DNA of 64,000 bases, from the NCBI GenBank assembly GCA_964016885.1, contig OZ024746.1:69750001-69814000 (forward strand), written 5' to 3'. The notes under the pieces were generated by a model that was not told where the DNA came from, made no database searches, and saw only the letters and a list, made by a program, of their open reading frames with translations. How positions within the stretch are numbered: the stretch's first letter is position 1; the number at the start of each line of letters is the position of its first letter. The position numbers were made by a program, and so were the translations under genes. Shown here piece by piece: positions 39,341 through 53,481 of this stretch. Source of the DNA: Eledone cirrhosa (lineage: Eukaryota).

Positions 39341-40919
39341 TAATACAGAATGGGGTCATACCGAAAGACTGGCGTAGCATCATCATCATTAACTGCTACA
39401 AGGGTAACGGGGATGCTCTAGATAGGGGAAACTATAGAGGCATTAAGTTAGTTGACCAGGTGATGAAGGTCACAGAAAGAGTTATAGCGCAACTAATCAG
39501 AGAGCGAATTGATCTAGATGAAATGCAGTTTGGGTTTGTGTCAGGTAAAAGTACCACAAACGCTCTTTTCCTTGTACGACAACTACAAGAGAAGTACCTA
39601 GCTAAAAGTAAACCCCTCTACTTAGCTTTTGTAGACCTGGAGAAAGCTTTTGACAGTCCCCCGCTCCATTATCTGGTGGGCTCTTAGAAAACTAGGTGTT
39701 GATGAATGGCTTGTGAGAGCCATACAAGCTATGTATAATGAAACAGTCAGTAAGGTTAGAATTAACAATGAATATTGTGAAGAATTTAGTGTAAAAGTTG
39801 GCGTTCATCAGGGCTCTGTCCTTAGCGCCCTCTTATTTATTATTGCCCTTCAGGCTAGAACAGAGGAGTTCAAGACCGGCTGCCCATGGGAACTCCTATA
39901 CGCAGATGATCTAACGCTCATAGCTGAATCAATGGCTGAACTAGAAAAGAAATTCCAAACATGGAAGCATGGCCTAGAATCAAAAGGCCTTAAAGTTAAC
40001 TTGTCTAAAGTAAACTAAAGTCCTAGTTTGTAGAAAGGAAAATAAGGCACAGGTACCCTCAGGGAAATGGCCTTGCTCAGTGTGTAGGAAAGGAGTAGGC
40101 AGAAATTCAATTTTATGTCCCAAATGCAAAGTATGGGTACATAAATGATGTAGTGGGATCACAGGTAAACTATCTAAGAACGTAGACTTTATATGTGGCC
40201 GATGCTCAGGTGCAATAGTTAGCAAGTGTCCACAGGATACTAGCCGCTTCTATTGCCCAGATGGTTCTATAGAAATAGTAGACACTTTCCGTTACCTGGG
40301 TGACGAAATCAGCAGTGGTGGAGGGTGTTCTGAAAGGACAGTAGCCCGAGTCAGAACGGGATGGAAAAAGTTCAGAGAGCTTATACCGCTGTTGGCCACA
40401 AAAGGTTTCTCTCTAATAATTGTTTCTACTTTAGGCACAAGGCCAGCAATTACCCAGTGCATTACTGGTACTTTCTCTCTAATAATGAAAGGCAGATTGT
40501 ATGATACTTGTATACGAACAGCAATGCTACATGGCAGTGAGACATGGGCATTGCGTGCAGAGGACCTGCGTAGACTGGAAAGGAACGAAGCATGCATGCT
40601 CCGTTGGATGTGTAATAGTAATATACGTGAACGGCAAAGCATAAATGAACTAAGTGAGAAATTAGGAATAAGAGGGATCGGATGCTGTTTACTCGAGAGA
40701 AGACTACATTGGTATGGCCACGTGATGCGCATGAAAGACGACAGCTGTATAAAAAAGTGCAGGGCCATCAAAATTGATGGTAGTTACGGAGTAGGTAGAC
40801 CCAGAAAAACCTGGGACGATCTGATAAATTCTGACCTTACACAATTGCACCTCACTAAGACAATGTCACTGGACCGAGATCTTTGGCGCTACGCAGTAAT
40901 ACAGAAGACCCGCCTTGCC
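39341..40919 (+). mobile_element. 5'-truncated RTE LINE, duplicate copy
   Basis: Near-identical to 35550-37128. Confidence 0.93.
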
Positions 40920-41576
40920 TATGTACAAAGCGAAACCTACAGTCAAGTAGGCACCTCTTAACCAAATATACATCCCAATCCACTACCCCTACCCTATCCT
41001 CCCACTCCCACCAACACCACCCCCTCTCTATAAAGTTGGTACCACAACATCCAGTCCAAATAAATGAGATCGAGATCGTGTAGGTGTCACGAGAAAAAAA
41101 CACACAGTCCACGCTGTAATGTGGCTGTGTAGGTAACACGGTAAAAAGTTCCCAGTTCCACACTGTAAATGTGGTTGGTGTTAGGAAGGGCATCCAGCCG
41201 TAGAAAACCTGCCAGATAGTCCTATATGAGCGAGACATGGTCACCCGATAACCTTGCGTCAAGTGGGCAACTCCCGTCTATAACCCAAGCTAGCATGGAA
41301 AGTGGACGTTAAATGAGGATGATGATTATATGTGTGTGTGTTTGTTATTTAACCTGATTGTATTTTCATTGTTGTGGTGGCTTCTGTGGCTTTGTCCCCT
41401 TAACCACAATTTTCAATTTGTCATGCTATTTAACATATGTTTTATTACTCTAAGATGTAACTTATTGATTTATAAATGCCTTCTTATCGAGTGCTTCATG
41501 CAAGCTCCGAATTGTTTTTTTCGTGGATGCTGACCGACTGCCACAACTTCGGTTTTACTAACTTCCACTCATATAT

Positions 41577-41913
41577 CTGTGCGTGAATGACCAAGCATAG
41601 ACGAGTTGAGAGAGAAACTGTGTATAAGAGGGATAAGTTGTAGTGTGCGGGAGAGAAGACTGCGTTGGTATAAACATGTGGTGCGGATGGAGGATGATCG
41701 CTGGGTAAAGAAGTGCCAAGAAATTCCAGTAGAAGGAAGACGCAGTAGAGGAAGACCACAAAAATCATGGGCGGAGGTGGTGAGAGCTGACCCGAGATCG
41801 CTGAAGCTCATGGAGGAGATGACAAAGGACTGTGACGAATGGAGAGAGGCTGTGCTGAATACGACTCGTCCCACCCTTGCAAGCAGGGAAAAGCGGACGT
41901 AAAATGATGATGA
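41577..41913 (+). mobile_element. 3' fragment of the same RTE family as 5604-8846
   Basis: RERRLRWY..TRPTLASREKRT* and cggacgtaaaatgatgatg tail. Confidence 0.92.
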
Positions 41914-42279
41914 CATATATATAATTAAGTAGTAACATGTGCTTGCGCTGTATTTGACTAGATAGAATTAGTTTGATTGGAAAAAAAAAAAGGATGATTA
42001 TTGACGTACATAGGCCACAAACCCACATCTTTGGTTTGCTGGACCAATGTGATGGTAACACATTGGTCCAGCAAATCAAAGATGTGGGTTCATGTCCCAT
42101 GTATGTCAATACTCATCCTTCTTTCCATTCAGAGGGTTTTTTTAAAATCCTAACTAACAGACTAATTCTATTTAGTCAAATACGGCGTAAGCACATGTTT
42201 CTACCTAATTTTCAAATTCGCTAGCCGTTTGTAAACTAAGCCTGCTTTGTGTCTCTGTATTTATATAAATATATGTATG

Positions 42280-43000
42280 TACAGTAGCTAGAGTCAGAAC
42301 AGGATGGAAAAAGTTCAGAGAGCCTATACCACTATTGGCTGCTAAAGGTTTCTCCCTAAAAATGAAAGGCAGACTGTATGATGCCTGCATACGAACAGTA
42401 ATGTTACATGGCAGTGAGACATGGGCATTGTGTGCAGAGGATCTGCGCAGACTGGAGAGGAACGAAGCTTGCATGCTCCACTGGATGTGTAATAGTAATA
42501 TACGTGAACGGCAAAGCATAAATGAACTAATTGAGAAATTAGGAATAATTTACACCTCTCCAAGACAATGTCACTGGACCGAGATCTTTGGCGCTACGCA
42601 GTAATACAGAAGACCCGCCTTGCCTAAGTACAAAGCGAAACCTACAGTCAGTAGGCACCTCCTAACCAAAAATACACCCCAACCTACACCAGCCCTTTCT
42701 CTGTAAAGTTATGTTGGTGCGACAACATCCAGTCCTAAATAAATGAGGTCGTGTAGGTGTCACAACAAAAAAACAAAAAAAAAACACATGGTCCACGCTG
42801 TAATGTGGCCGTGTAGGTAACACGGTAAAAACCTCCCAGTCCACACTGTAAACGTGGTTGGTATTAGGAAGGGCATCCAGCTGTAGAAAACCTGCCAGAT
42901 ATTCCTATACGAGCAAGACAACCAATCTTGCCTCACGTGGGACAATTCCCGTCTAAATCCATGCTAGCGTGGAAGATAGAGGTTAAACGATGATGATGAT
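42280..43000 (+). mobile_element. RTE 3' fragment (internally deleted) with SINE-module tail
   Basis: KGFSLKMKGRLYDACIRTVMLHGSETW; same downstream tail as 37123 and 40914. Confidence 0.88.
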
Positions 43001-44054
43001 AATATATATAATGTGTGTGTATGCATACATCCACATTGGGATTTGCTGCATATCTGCTTGTATTGTAGAATTCAAATAAAAATGATCTCTAGATAAAATA
43101 TAAGATAACTGTGACCTAAACTTTTAAAAATATATTTATCATAATTAGGTTCTATATTTAAGTTTGATAATTCTCTTTTGTGTAGATAAGTGACTTGGTT
43201 AGTTATTCATTTTATTACATTACATGGTGAAACTGATAAAATGTGAAAATGCTGATGAAATTTTTTGATAAAACCTGTAACTTTAAAACAATTATACGTG
43301 GTTAATGCTCTTTGAAATTTCCCTTATGTGTAAGTAGAGGCTTGTCAATTATTTTTTTTACCTAATTTTGATTTCTTCCTCAAGTATTTTAACCCTTTAG
43401 GATTTAAACCAGCTGTATCCGTCCCAAATTCTCTCACCTCTTTCTGTTTAAACTGGCTGTAACTGACCCCTCATACCGTGTTAAGGTATTGTTCTCAAAA
43501 TAAATAATATCAAAATCTCATAGATTCGATATTATGTAAGATAAAGCTTTTACTGTGAAAATACAATAGTATATATAGAGTAATGTAAATGTAATTATTT
43601 TCCCTGCTAAACCTGAGACTAGTCTGGTGGACACCATTTTACTATATTGTTTTCATCCCTTTTCACCAACCCTTGGGCTTTCATTTTTGTCTCCACCATC
43701 TTTAACAATGTTTCTTGATCTTTCTCTTACTTCATTTTCATTCATTTTCGACTTTCTCCAACACATGACCCAACCATCTCATTCCATTCTCTTCACAATG
43801 TTCATCACTTCTGTTATTCCTCTCACCCAGTCACCTGACCCAGCCATCTCATTCCATTTCTTTATACATTTATTACTGACTCTATTCACATTTTTCTCTG
43901 CTATGGTTAATCCTTTTTGACATTCCTCTTCTCTTCTAACTTTGTCTTGAGAAAAATATTTTACTTAGTTTTGTTTTCTTCTGTTCTTAATTTCCAGAAA
44001 AGTACAACTCCATAAAACAAATATTTCATGTCTATTTTACTATACATGCTTTAA

Positions 44055-44272
44055 TCCTTTAGCATTTAAACCGGCCGTATCTTGCCAGAATTCTCTCATC
44101 TCTTTCTGTTCAAACCGGCTGTAACCAGCTTCTCATACTCACATTAAGGTATTGTTCTCAAAATATATAACATCAAAATCTCATAGATTAGATATATGAA
44201 ATAATTATGTAAGATAAAGCCTTTACCACAAAAATACAATAGTATATATAGAGTGATGTAAATGGTAAAGGG
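44055..44272 (+). mobile_element. piggyBac-like MITE (partial homologue at ~43390-43595)
   Basis: TTAA|tcctttagcattta ... taaatggtaaaggg|TTAA. Confidence 0.8.
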
Positions 44273-44730
44273 TTAAAGTAGAACATTGAACCAGGGTCCC
44301 TTTTGAGATTCTTTTTACAAAGCTTAAAAAAAAATCTTAAATAAACTTGCTCTTTTTTTTTGTTTCCAGATTTGAAGCAGTTAATAATTTTATTTCATGA
44401 ATAGGTACAATCATGTCTGTGTGATCAAGAAGATTACTTTGTAACCACATGGCTTTGTGTTAAGTGTCATTGTGAGGCACCTTGAGCAAGTTTTTTTCCA
44501 CTATAGTTCTAGGTTGAAGGTTGACTAATGCTGTTTCTCTTTTTTTATTTTTAAATACCTTCATGTGTTCAACAAGAAACTTATCAGGCAGCAGCTGATA
44601 TTTTGCCTGACAAAAGCTGAATATCACAATTATATTGTTGGACTGCAATTTATCTGTAGACATTTTTATATCACCAGTGTTGTGTGATTACAACACTATC
44701 TCTAATCTTGAAACATCGTGTCTGTCTATC

Positions 44731-44770
<40 letters not shown>

Positions 44771-45014
44771 AGTATATATATGTCTGTGTACGTATAAGTG
44801 TTTGAGTTCAAATCTTGCAGCGGTCAACTTTGCTTTTCATCCTCCAGAGCTTGATAAAATAAAGTACCATTCAAGTACTGGGGTTGATTTAGTCCCCCAC
44901 CTTTAACTGCTGGCCTTCTACCTAAATCAGAAACCATTATTATTGATGGTTTGTTCAGTAAATATAATTATTTGATCTACTGTCAGCTGTCTCAACAGAG
45001 ACTTTAGACAGTTA

Positions 45015-45510
45015 CCGTATATATCTCAGTATAAGTTGACCCCTTGTTTTATGTTTGAAAAAAGGGCAAAATCCAAACCTCATGTATAAGTAGAGCCAGC
45101 TAAACAATACATTATGTTTAGATAGTGTGGTCTTCAAATTCTCATAAGTGGAGAATATATTTATGAAGTTTTAATATTTTGATATTATGATATAATGTTT
45201 TAAGTACCATTTAGTGTATAGTGTAAAAACTCATTTCACAACTCCATTATGCAATGAATTTTTACCAATTTTCGTCCGTTTTGAAGGCCATAGTCATTCA
45301 AGACATGTCATGTCGAAAGTGAAACTAGTATAATATTCACATCTAAAGTAAAAATATTTTAGCACCTCATTTACATAGAATTTTTGAAGTTGGTGAAATT
45401 CAGGAAAATATTGACCTCGAATATAAGCTGACTCCCATTTTACCATTGATTTTTTTTTTTTTTTTTTTTTTTTTTGACATTTTTCTCCGCTTATATATGA
45501 GTATATACAG
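45015..45510. mobile_element. Tc2/pogo-like MITE
   Basis: TA|ccgtatatatctcagtataag ... cttatatatgagtatatacag|TA. Confidence 0.75.
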
Positions 45511-46320
45511 TACTACTTCACTGTATATGTGCAGTGCAAAATAGGACTATCTTTTGCAGGAGAACAGTTTGTAATTTGAGGTCTATTTGCTTAAAATACT
45601 CTTAGTTTTAGTGGTATCAAGCTCAAAGCTCTGATGACAATAGGAATTATCTTGTTGTTAGATGCTATTTGAAACAAAAATTCTTCCATAAAATTATGAT
45701 GAAATGTTTTAAAATAAATATAAACATATTGAAATAAACAGTTCTGTATCATAGAACTTGGGGCTGTTTTATGTGGTTTGGTACTAAAAGAATTAAAAAA
45801 ACTTCATCTATAAGAATTAAGATAGAGAAAATAGAGAAACTGGATGATTGGATGTGCTGAAATATATAAACACTGAATATGCTTTCTAATCATATTGGAT
45901 AAGCCTTTAAATGGAAAGTATGAATGAGACAGACATGGTCCATGACCTGTCTATGTCCATGACCTGTCTAGCTAAGTAGTGACATCATATAACAACTGAC
46001 ACATACAGTGGTGATCTGCCCAAACCAATGGAAAGTATAAGACAGATATGGTACTTGACCTCCCTAGATAAGCAGTGGCTTCATATAACAACTGTCTCAT
46101 ATCGCCCAACCCATGTCAGTATGGAAACTTATGTATGCTCTGTATGTATATCTCTCTCACACACACATTTATGCCTTGGCTGTATGTCTCTCTTTCTCAC
46201 ATGCACACACCTATATTCTATCTGTATGTCTCTTTTTCTCTCACACATGCATGTAGGCTCTGTCAATCAATCTGTCTATGTTCATACATAAGCTCATTCT
46301 CATTTGCTCACATGCACATA

Positions 46321-47775
46321 TCAGGTCATTAAGTATGAAATGTTGAATTTCATCTCAAAAAGTGCCTAAACTATCAACACACTTTTGTTATCTTAATGAT
46401 AACTTGTTTATGCCAGCAGCAAAGAAGCCTGCTGAGAGGCAATGGAATTGCAGAAGGCTGTTTTTGCAGCTTCTTGAGAATTGAATGTTTTTCATTGCAA
46501 GAAGTGGTTCAATGCCTGGAAGACGTGATAGTCAGTTGGTGCCAGGTCTGGGGGATATGGTGGATAACAAAGAGTTTTTAAGTCCAACTCATGTAGTTTG
46601 ATCAGCATTGTTTGTACGACATGTAGTAGAGTGTTGTCTTGCAAGAGGATTAGCCTGTCTATATTGACCAATCTCAGCTGTTTAATCTCAAGCTCCCTCA
46701 TCATTTCGTCCAATTGGTTGCAGTATACATACACTGTAATCGATTGACCAGGTCTCACAAAGCTGTAGTGGATGATGCCAGCGCTGGACCACCAAACAGA
46801 CAACATTAGCTTTTTTTGGTGAACATTGTGTTTTAGTCTGTGTTTTGGCACTTCGTCTTTATCCAGCCATCGTGCTGAATGCTTGTGATTATTGGATTAT
46901 TGAAAAGAATCCATTTTTTTCACATGTAATAATGGTTTCTGATTTAGGCATAAGGCCAACAATTTTTGGCAGGGAAAGAGGAGAGTTGACTAAATTGACC
47001 CCTGTGCGTTACTGGTACTTCATTTTATCAACCCCGTAAGGATAAAAGGCCAATCTAATCTTGGCGTGATTTGAACTCAGAATGTAAATAGCCGTAATGA
47101 CATACTGCAAAGCATGTTGTCTAACGCTCTACCAATACTGCTATAATATGATGCAAAAATGATTTGTCTTTATGCTGTGACAGCAAAGGACAATATGCTT
47201 CGAGACAAGTTCTCTTCTGATCTTTGTTCAATTCATGTAGAACCCATTGGTCCAGTGTCTTTACCATGCCGATTTGTTTCAAATAAACCAACATTGTTAG
47301 AATAGTAACACTAAACCTTGCTGTTAATTCATGTGTAGTTTGAGATGTATCTGCTTTCACTACAATTTTCAGCTCATTATTATCCACTTTGGTCACAAGT
47401 CTCCCACGTGGCTTATTTTCAAGATTAAAGTTGCCAGAACGGAATTTCTTTAAACCATCGATGTACTGCATGTTTATTAGCCACATCCTTGCCAAACACC
47501 TCACTGATGTTTTAAGCTGTCTGTGATGCATTGGTTCCATGATGAAATTCATATTCAAAAACAACACAAATTTTTGACATATCCTTGGGTTCACAAAAAT
47601 TGATCTGAAATAAACAATTCAAAAGACAATCACAAACCAAAATGTGCGTTTGAAAAACTGATGATGTACCTGCACAATAAAACAAAACCAAAAACTTTTG
47701 AGGTGAAATGTTAGAGATAACGACTCTCAAACTTAGTGCTTAAGGAAATCGGTCATATCATACTTAATGACCTAA
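46321..47775 (-). mobile_element. Mariner transposon, full span, inactivated, with SINE insertion at ~46932-47142
   Basis: TIRs tcaggtcattaagtatga / tcatacttaatgacctaa with TA flanks; WVLHEL, KKLMLSVWW, LLQDN, PPYPPDLAPTDYHVF motifs. Confidence 0.95.
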
Positions 47776-50161
47776 TACATATGTGCATACTTTCTTACAC
47801 ACACACACACACATATATATACTGTCTCTCTCTATCACTCACACACTTACTTGCATATGCTCACACCAAGTATAATCTCTCTCAAAAACATATTTCACTC
47901 ACACACATTCTCCCATGCCTACATACCTCCCCACACCCACACATGACACCACACCATACATACAGACACCATACACACACAATATACATACATGCGCTTA
48001 CACTACACACATCATATATCCTCACAGATGCACACACAATACATGCACACACAACACATGCACACACAACACATGCACACACAACACATGCCATACATAC
48101 ATATGCTTTCACTCACCATTTGTTGTTCATATCTCCCTCCCCCTTCATTTTCAAATTTTACAGTTTTTGTTTTCAGAGTATAATGTATACAATTAACACA
48201 CCTGTCACCTTATATCTAATGAAGTAAACTCTATTTCAATTAATTAGGCAAATTTTGAGTGATTTGCAAAAATTATTATGTTATCACTAAAATGTTATTT
48301 TACTTCTTTGCTCCCTTTATTCCTGGGAGGGTTGTGGGGGAAAGTTTTCAAACAAGCCTTCTAGTGGGTCTTGTCTGAAGGAACTGTCTCAAATTCATCT
48401 GGCTGGATCCTTAAGTGAGACTGGCTGGGTTGTTATCCAACCATCTTACTCAGGGTCTATCCCTGGGTCTCCTGCCAGTTGGTTTTGTTAAAATATTTAC
48501 TTATTAAATTTTTCTTGTAAATTATGTTGGAAGATTTTAATTTAAATAGAAACCCTTTTGAATGAGTTGTTTTGTTTTGTAGATCCATTGTCAGTTTTGG
48601 TAGGGTTGGTATCAAAAGTGTTAAATAAATTGTTGAAAGAGTTAATTTTTATTAATTGTTACAAAACTATTTGGGACAGCAACAACAACAAGAAATATTT
48701 TCTGGCCATTCTTCCTGCTGAGGCTGAGGGTTAATCTTATGAACCCTGTGACAAGTTTCATACATTATCATGAGTTTCTTTTTGAGGTAATATTACATGG
48801 CCTGATCCCCTTCCTAGTATCAATGTTTTTAGTTGCCTTTTATAACATGTTGATGTAGGGAATTAGTGTATCTATTTTAAACTAGATATACAATAATTTA
48901 GGTCACTCAATATAGACAAGCATAAGGTATCTATACACAGAAATAGCTGCAACAGCAATAGCCTCACTGATCTAAAAACTCTGTCCTGGGAAGCATGCCA
49001 CCAATAATAAATGCAGATATTGTGTTATGACCTAGTCCACTGTTTTTTCTCTGCTATGACCACCAATAGAATCTACAGGTGTACAGGAACTGACTGGTCA
49101 TCAGAGAGATGGGAGTGCATTATGTGCAATCTGTCACACTGTACCACATTACTGTATGTCATTAAACAGTTTAGTATGGTTCTTACCTTGGCAGAGATAT
49201 GGTATAAATGGGAAGGAGGATCTGTGTATCATAGGATCAGGGATTACCTGGGGTGTGTACAATAAGACTGATGGATCAGGGATTACTTGAGGTGTGTACC
49301 ATAGGACTGTTGGATTAGGGATGACCAGGGGTTATACAATGACAACTATAAGCAAATTTCACATGCCACAATGAAATGCACCCAGTACACAGTGTGAAGT
49401 GGTTGGCATTAGGAAAGGCATGCAGCCATAGAAACCTTGCGAAAATTGAACATATGAACAAGACACAGTCACCTGATCTGTCTGATCTCAGTATATGACA
49501 ACTTGTCTAACCCCTTGTCAGCATGGAAAATAGCAGGAAAAATGATGATGATGGTTTAGGTCAATCAAAAGTTATGGTAGAAAATACCTCCCTAAGGTGT
49601 TGTGCAATGGGATCAAACCTGGAACCAATGATTAAGAAACAAATTTCTTAATCACACAGCCATACCTACACCCTTTATACTTATTCAATTTATTGAACTA
49701 AAGTTCAGAATGAGTAATATGTGAAATAGTGACTGCAGTCTTCTGTTCTTTGGTACTGCTCCCAATCACCCCAACCTGAATTTTCAAACTGTTTTTAGTG
49801 AATCCATTCAGTATTATATTTAAATGTGCCACTACTAAACAAACTGGTTGTTTTTGTTCTATATACAGAATACCAATGCATGGAAGACTTATAAAATCCT
49901 ATTTATAATCTATTTTCAGCAGCTCTTTATTTTCTTTATATTTTCATGTAAACCAATATTTATCATATTTTTTCTTTCATGTTTTTCTCCCTTTTTTTTC
50001 TTGTCAGATTGTGCCCAAAGAGCCTAATAGACGAAGAAAAGGAAAAAAAAAACAAACCAAACAAACAAACAAACAAAATAAACAAACAAGCTTTAGTATA
50101 ATTTTCTGGCTGTCTATAATCAGCATTTCTGGTCACATCTTTGAGATTTCCCTCCCTCAAC

Positions 50162-50331
50162 ATGTTCACAATTATTACAGAACTTGCTAAGGAACCTGAT
50201 CCCAGTGTGGAAGGCAGCATGATATCTTTACTGGATATTGCTGTCGTCGGTACACTATTTGGACTGGCTTTTTACTACCTTTTCTGTCGGAAAACTGAAG
50301 AATCTATGGATTTTCAAAGACTTAATATTGT
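50162..50331 (+). CDS. POR: NADPH-cytochrome P450 reductase, first coding exon (membrane anchor); probable acceptor at 50007
   Basis: MFTIITELAKEPDPSVEGSMISLLDIAVVGTLFGLAFYYLFCRKTEESMDFQRLNI(V); TM helix then basic residues; phase-2 gtaagt donor joins the next exon in frame. Confidence 0.85.
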
Positions 50332-50999
50332 GTAAGTTGGTTATTTCATTAATAGATTATTTTTCATTCTTTTATTGGTTTCAATCTTTAGACTGCGCCC
50401 ATGCTGGGGCACTACTCGATCATATCAACCCCAGTATATATTTTTTTTCCAAGTTTTGTACATATTTTATAGATCTTTTTGTGGAATCACTTAGTTACAG
50501 GGCAAATATAAACGTAGACAAAATACAGCCATGGAGAGAGAGAGAGAGAGTTGATGAATGTGGAGAATGAGTGTAAAGAAGAGGGGCTACCCTCAACAGA
50601 GTGGCCAGTTGTTGAAATTGACAGTTATAGGGGTCAAAGAACCAATCAGGGAGATAGATCATGGTAAAGCTGCCGGATTGCCACAGATAGTCACTCACGA
50701 ATGGTGGAGGACACGCGCTGTTGGTGGCCTGGAGTGGGGTTAGATGATAAAAGGGAGTAAAATTAGGTGTCTTGAAGCTGGCAGAGAGCCTCAGTTCTGT
50801 AGAAGTCTGTGTGACACATGACCATGGCACCACCTTTATCGGTGGGTTTGATGACAATGTCAGTGCGATGTCATAGACTGCAAAAAGCGGAAAGCTCAGC
50901 CTGAAGTAAGGTTGCTGCAATGAGAATGCATGTGGAAGTTGAACTGGTTCAAAGTACATCGGCAAGTGTCTCCAAAAGAGTTGAGGGTACTGAACTGGC

Positions 51000-51072
<73 letters not shown>

Positions 51073-51393
51073 GGTTGCAAATTGGCTGAGTCATTAGAAA
51101 ATCGGAAAGAATGCTTTGCAGTATTTGTTTTGACTCTCTGCTATCTGAGTTCAAATCTCGTTGAGGTCCACTTCATCTTTATATATTATCTTTCATGCAT
51201 ATAAGGTCAATAAAAAAGTACCAGTCTACTACTGTGGTCAATTCTTCCTCTATATCTCATTTCTTTTCTCTCACTCTCTATCCTTCTCTGGAAGAAATCT
51301 CGTGTATTTAGACCTGGAGCGGAGATGGGCTCCGTGAGGTTTAAAAATGCCATTTGTCAATATAGTGCCCCAATGACTTCCTCAGGACTTACG

Positions 51394-51455
<62 letters not shown>

Positions 51456-51651
51456 CCCATGCAAGCGTGGAATACGGACGTTAAACGATGACGATGATAT
51501 ATATATATCTAACCCATGCTAGCATGGAAGAACGGACGTAAAACAGTGATGATGATGATATATATATATATCCATATGTAAAGTACTAACAAAATTAACA
51601 AATCAAACAGCACAGTACATTGAAGAAATATATTAGTTTAACGCTTGAGAG

Positions 51652-51687
51652 TCTTAACGTTTTGGACACTTGCCCTTCATCAGAAGA
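51652..51687 (-). ncRNA. Degenerate minimal hammerhead motif (GAAA mutated to AAAA)
   Basis: tctt-CTGATGA-a-gggc-aagt-gtcc-AAAA-cg-TT-aaga on minus. Confidence 0.45.
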
Positions 51688-52332
51688 TAGGCTTAGAAAT
51701 AGAAGATAAATGGAAAGTAAAGAGTGATGAGAGGAAGGAATGGGGAAAATGAGAAAAAAATTGGGGAGAAAAAACACATACATATTCAGTCGGCCATATA
51801 TATTAGTGTGAAATATTTCTCATTAATATATAATGAATATATAATGAAAATATTGTGTACAGTGCTCAGGTGCACTACAACTCATCAAAAGTGTATGTAT
51901 AGTACAAAGGGTAATGTACAAACATCAGGAAAATGAACAGTACATGAGTCATGATATACACGTGTGCATGTGTATGGAAGGGGGACATCAAGTGTAGTTT
52001 TGGCATTCTTCAGATTATAGCTGGCATAATGTATAGCTAAATTATTCATAGTTGTCATTTGTTCAATCCTGACTGAAACTAATCATATGATAAGATTAAC
52101 ATGATCATGACAATTCTCCAGATAGCTTCACCTATTCTTTAAAGTAATCATTTGAAAAGGACAACGTCCAGCTCTAGAAACTGTTAAAACTCGAATGTAT
52201 GTGAGACTTGCACCCCCCCCCACACACACGGTCTCTCAAGAAGGGCAGTAACTCTGATAAGTACTGGACTTGTTTGGAATGACACATCCAACCTCAGGGT
52301 CAGCATAGAAAAGATGAAGTAAAATGATAATG

Positions 52333-53048
52333 AGCATCATCATCATCATCATCATCACCACCACATCACTACCATCAGCACCATTATCAACGTTACTACC
52401 ACCACCAACACCACCATCACTGACACCACCACCATCACTGACACCACCATCACCGACACCACCACCACCATCACCGACACCACCATCACCGACACCACCA
52501 CCACCACCGACACCACCACCACCACCACCATCACCGACACCACCACCATCACCGACACCACCACCATCACCGACACCACCACCATCACCGACACCACCAC
52601 CATCACCGACACCACCGCCACCACCATCACTGACACCACCACTACCAACACTACCATCACTATCACTACCATCATCATCATCATCATCACTACCACCACC
52701 ATTATCACCACCACCACCACCACCATCATCACTACCACCATCACAACCAGCATCACCATCATCATCACTACCACCACCACTGACATCACCACCACCACTA
52801 CCACCACCATCATCACCACCACCACCACCATCACAACCAGCATCACCATCATCATCACTACCACCATCACTGACATCACCACTACCATCACCACCACCAT
52901 CATCACCACCACCACCACCACCACCACCACCACCATCACAACCAGCATCATCACTACCACCACCACTGACATCACCACTACCATCACCACCACCACTACC
53001 ACCACCATCATCACTACCACCACCACCACCACCACCATCACCACCAGC
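52333..53048. repeat. Compound (CAC/CAT)n low-complexity tract, intronic
   Basis: Read directly; gives spurious poly-P/G/V ORFs. Confidence 0.9.
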
Positions 53049-53257
53049 ATGCTTGCACAGACATGGACGTACAAACGCGCACAGACAGATGTGTACGAAC
53101 AGACAAACACTCTCACACACACACTTGCACATACAGACATGCATATACACAGACCTACTCACACACAGACACAAGAGCATACAGACACACACACACACAC
53201 ACATACACATACACACACACACATCATATTTCTAACTATATTCTTCTTCCTTTTCAG

Positions 53258-53309
53258 AGAAACTACAAAAGCAGAAGATAATGGATTGATTGGAAAGATG
53301 AAAACATTG
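53258..53309 (+). CDS. POR: POR coding exon 2
   Basis: ttttcag|a ETTKAEDNGLIGKMKTL|gtaata; 52 nt; phases match both neighbours; aligns to the SFVEKMKKT region. Confidence 0.88.
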
Positions 53310-53412
53310 GTAATAATCAACATCCTATGTCTTACTTGTATGTTCTCCACACTCACACTCTCTCACACACACTCAGGCACATGCACACACAGAGGCACAC
53401 ACATACACAGAG

Positions 53413-53476
<64 letters not shown>

Positions 53477-53481
53477 CCACT

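Larger units (their letters stand above)
33310..41325. repeat. Tandem segmental duplication, ~3.8-kb unit (33310-37122, 37123-40913) plus a third copy of the junction tail
   Basis: Near-identical ORF pairs offset by 3820 to 3791 bp (34097/37917, 35859/39650, 36601/40392). Confidence 0.95.

Noticed and set aside
52236-53235. Extensin-like Pro-rich and Gly/Asp-rich ORFs
   Set aside because: Translation of (CAC/CAT)n low-complexity DNA; no exon context
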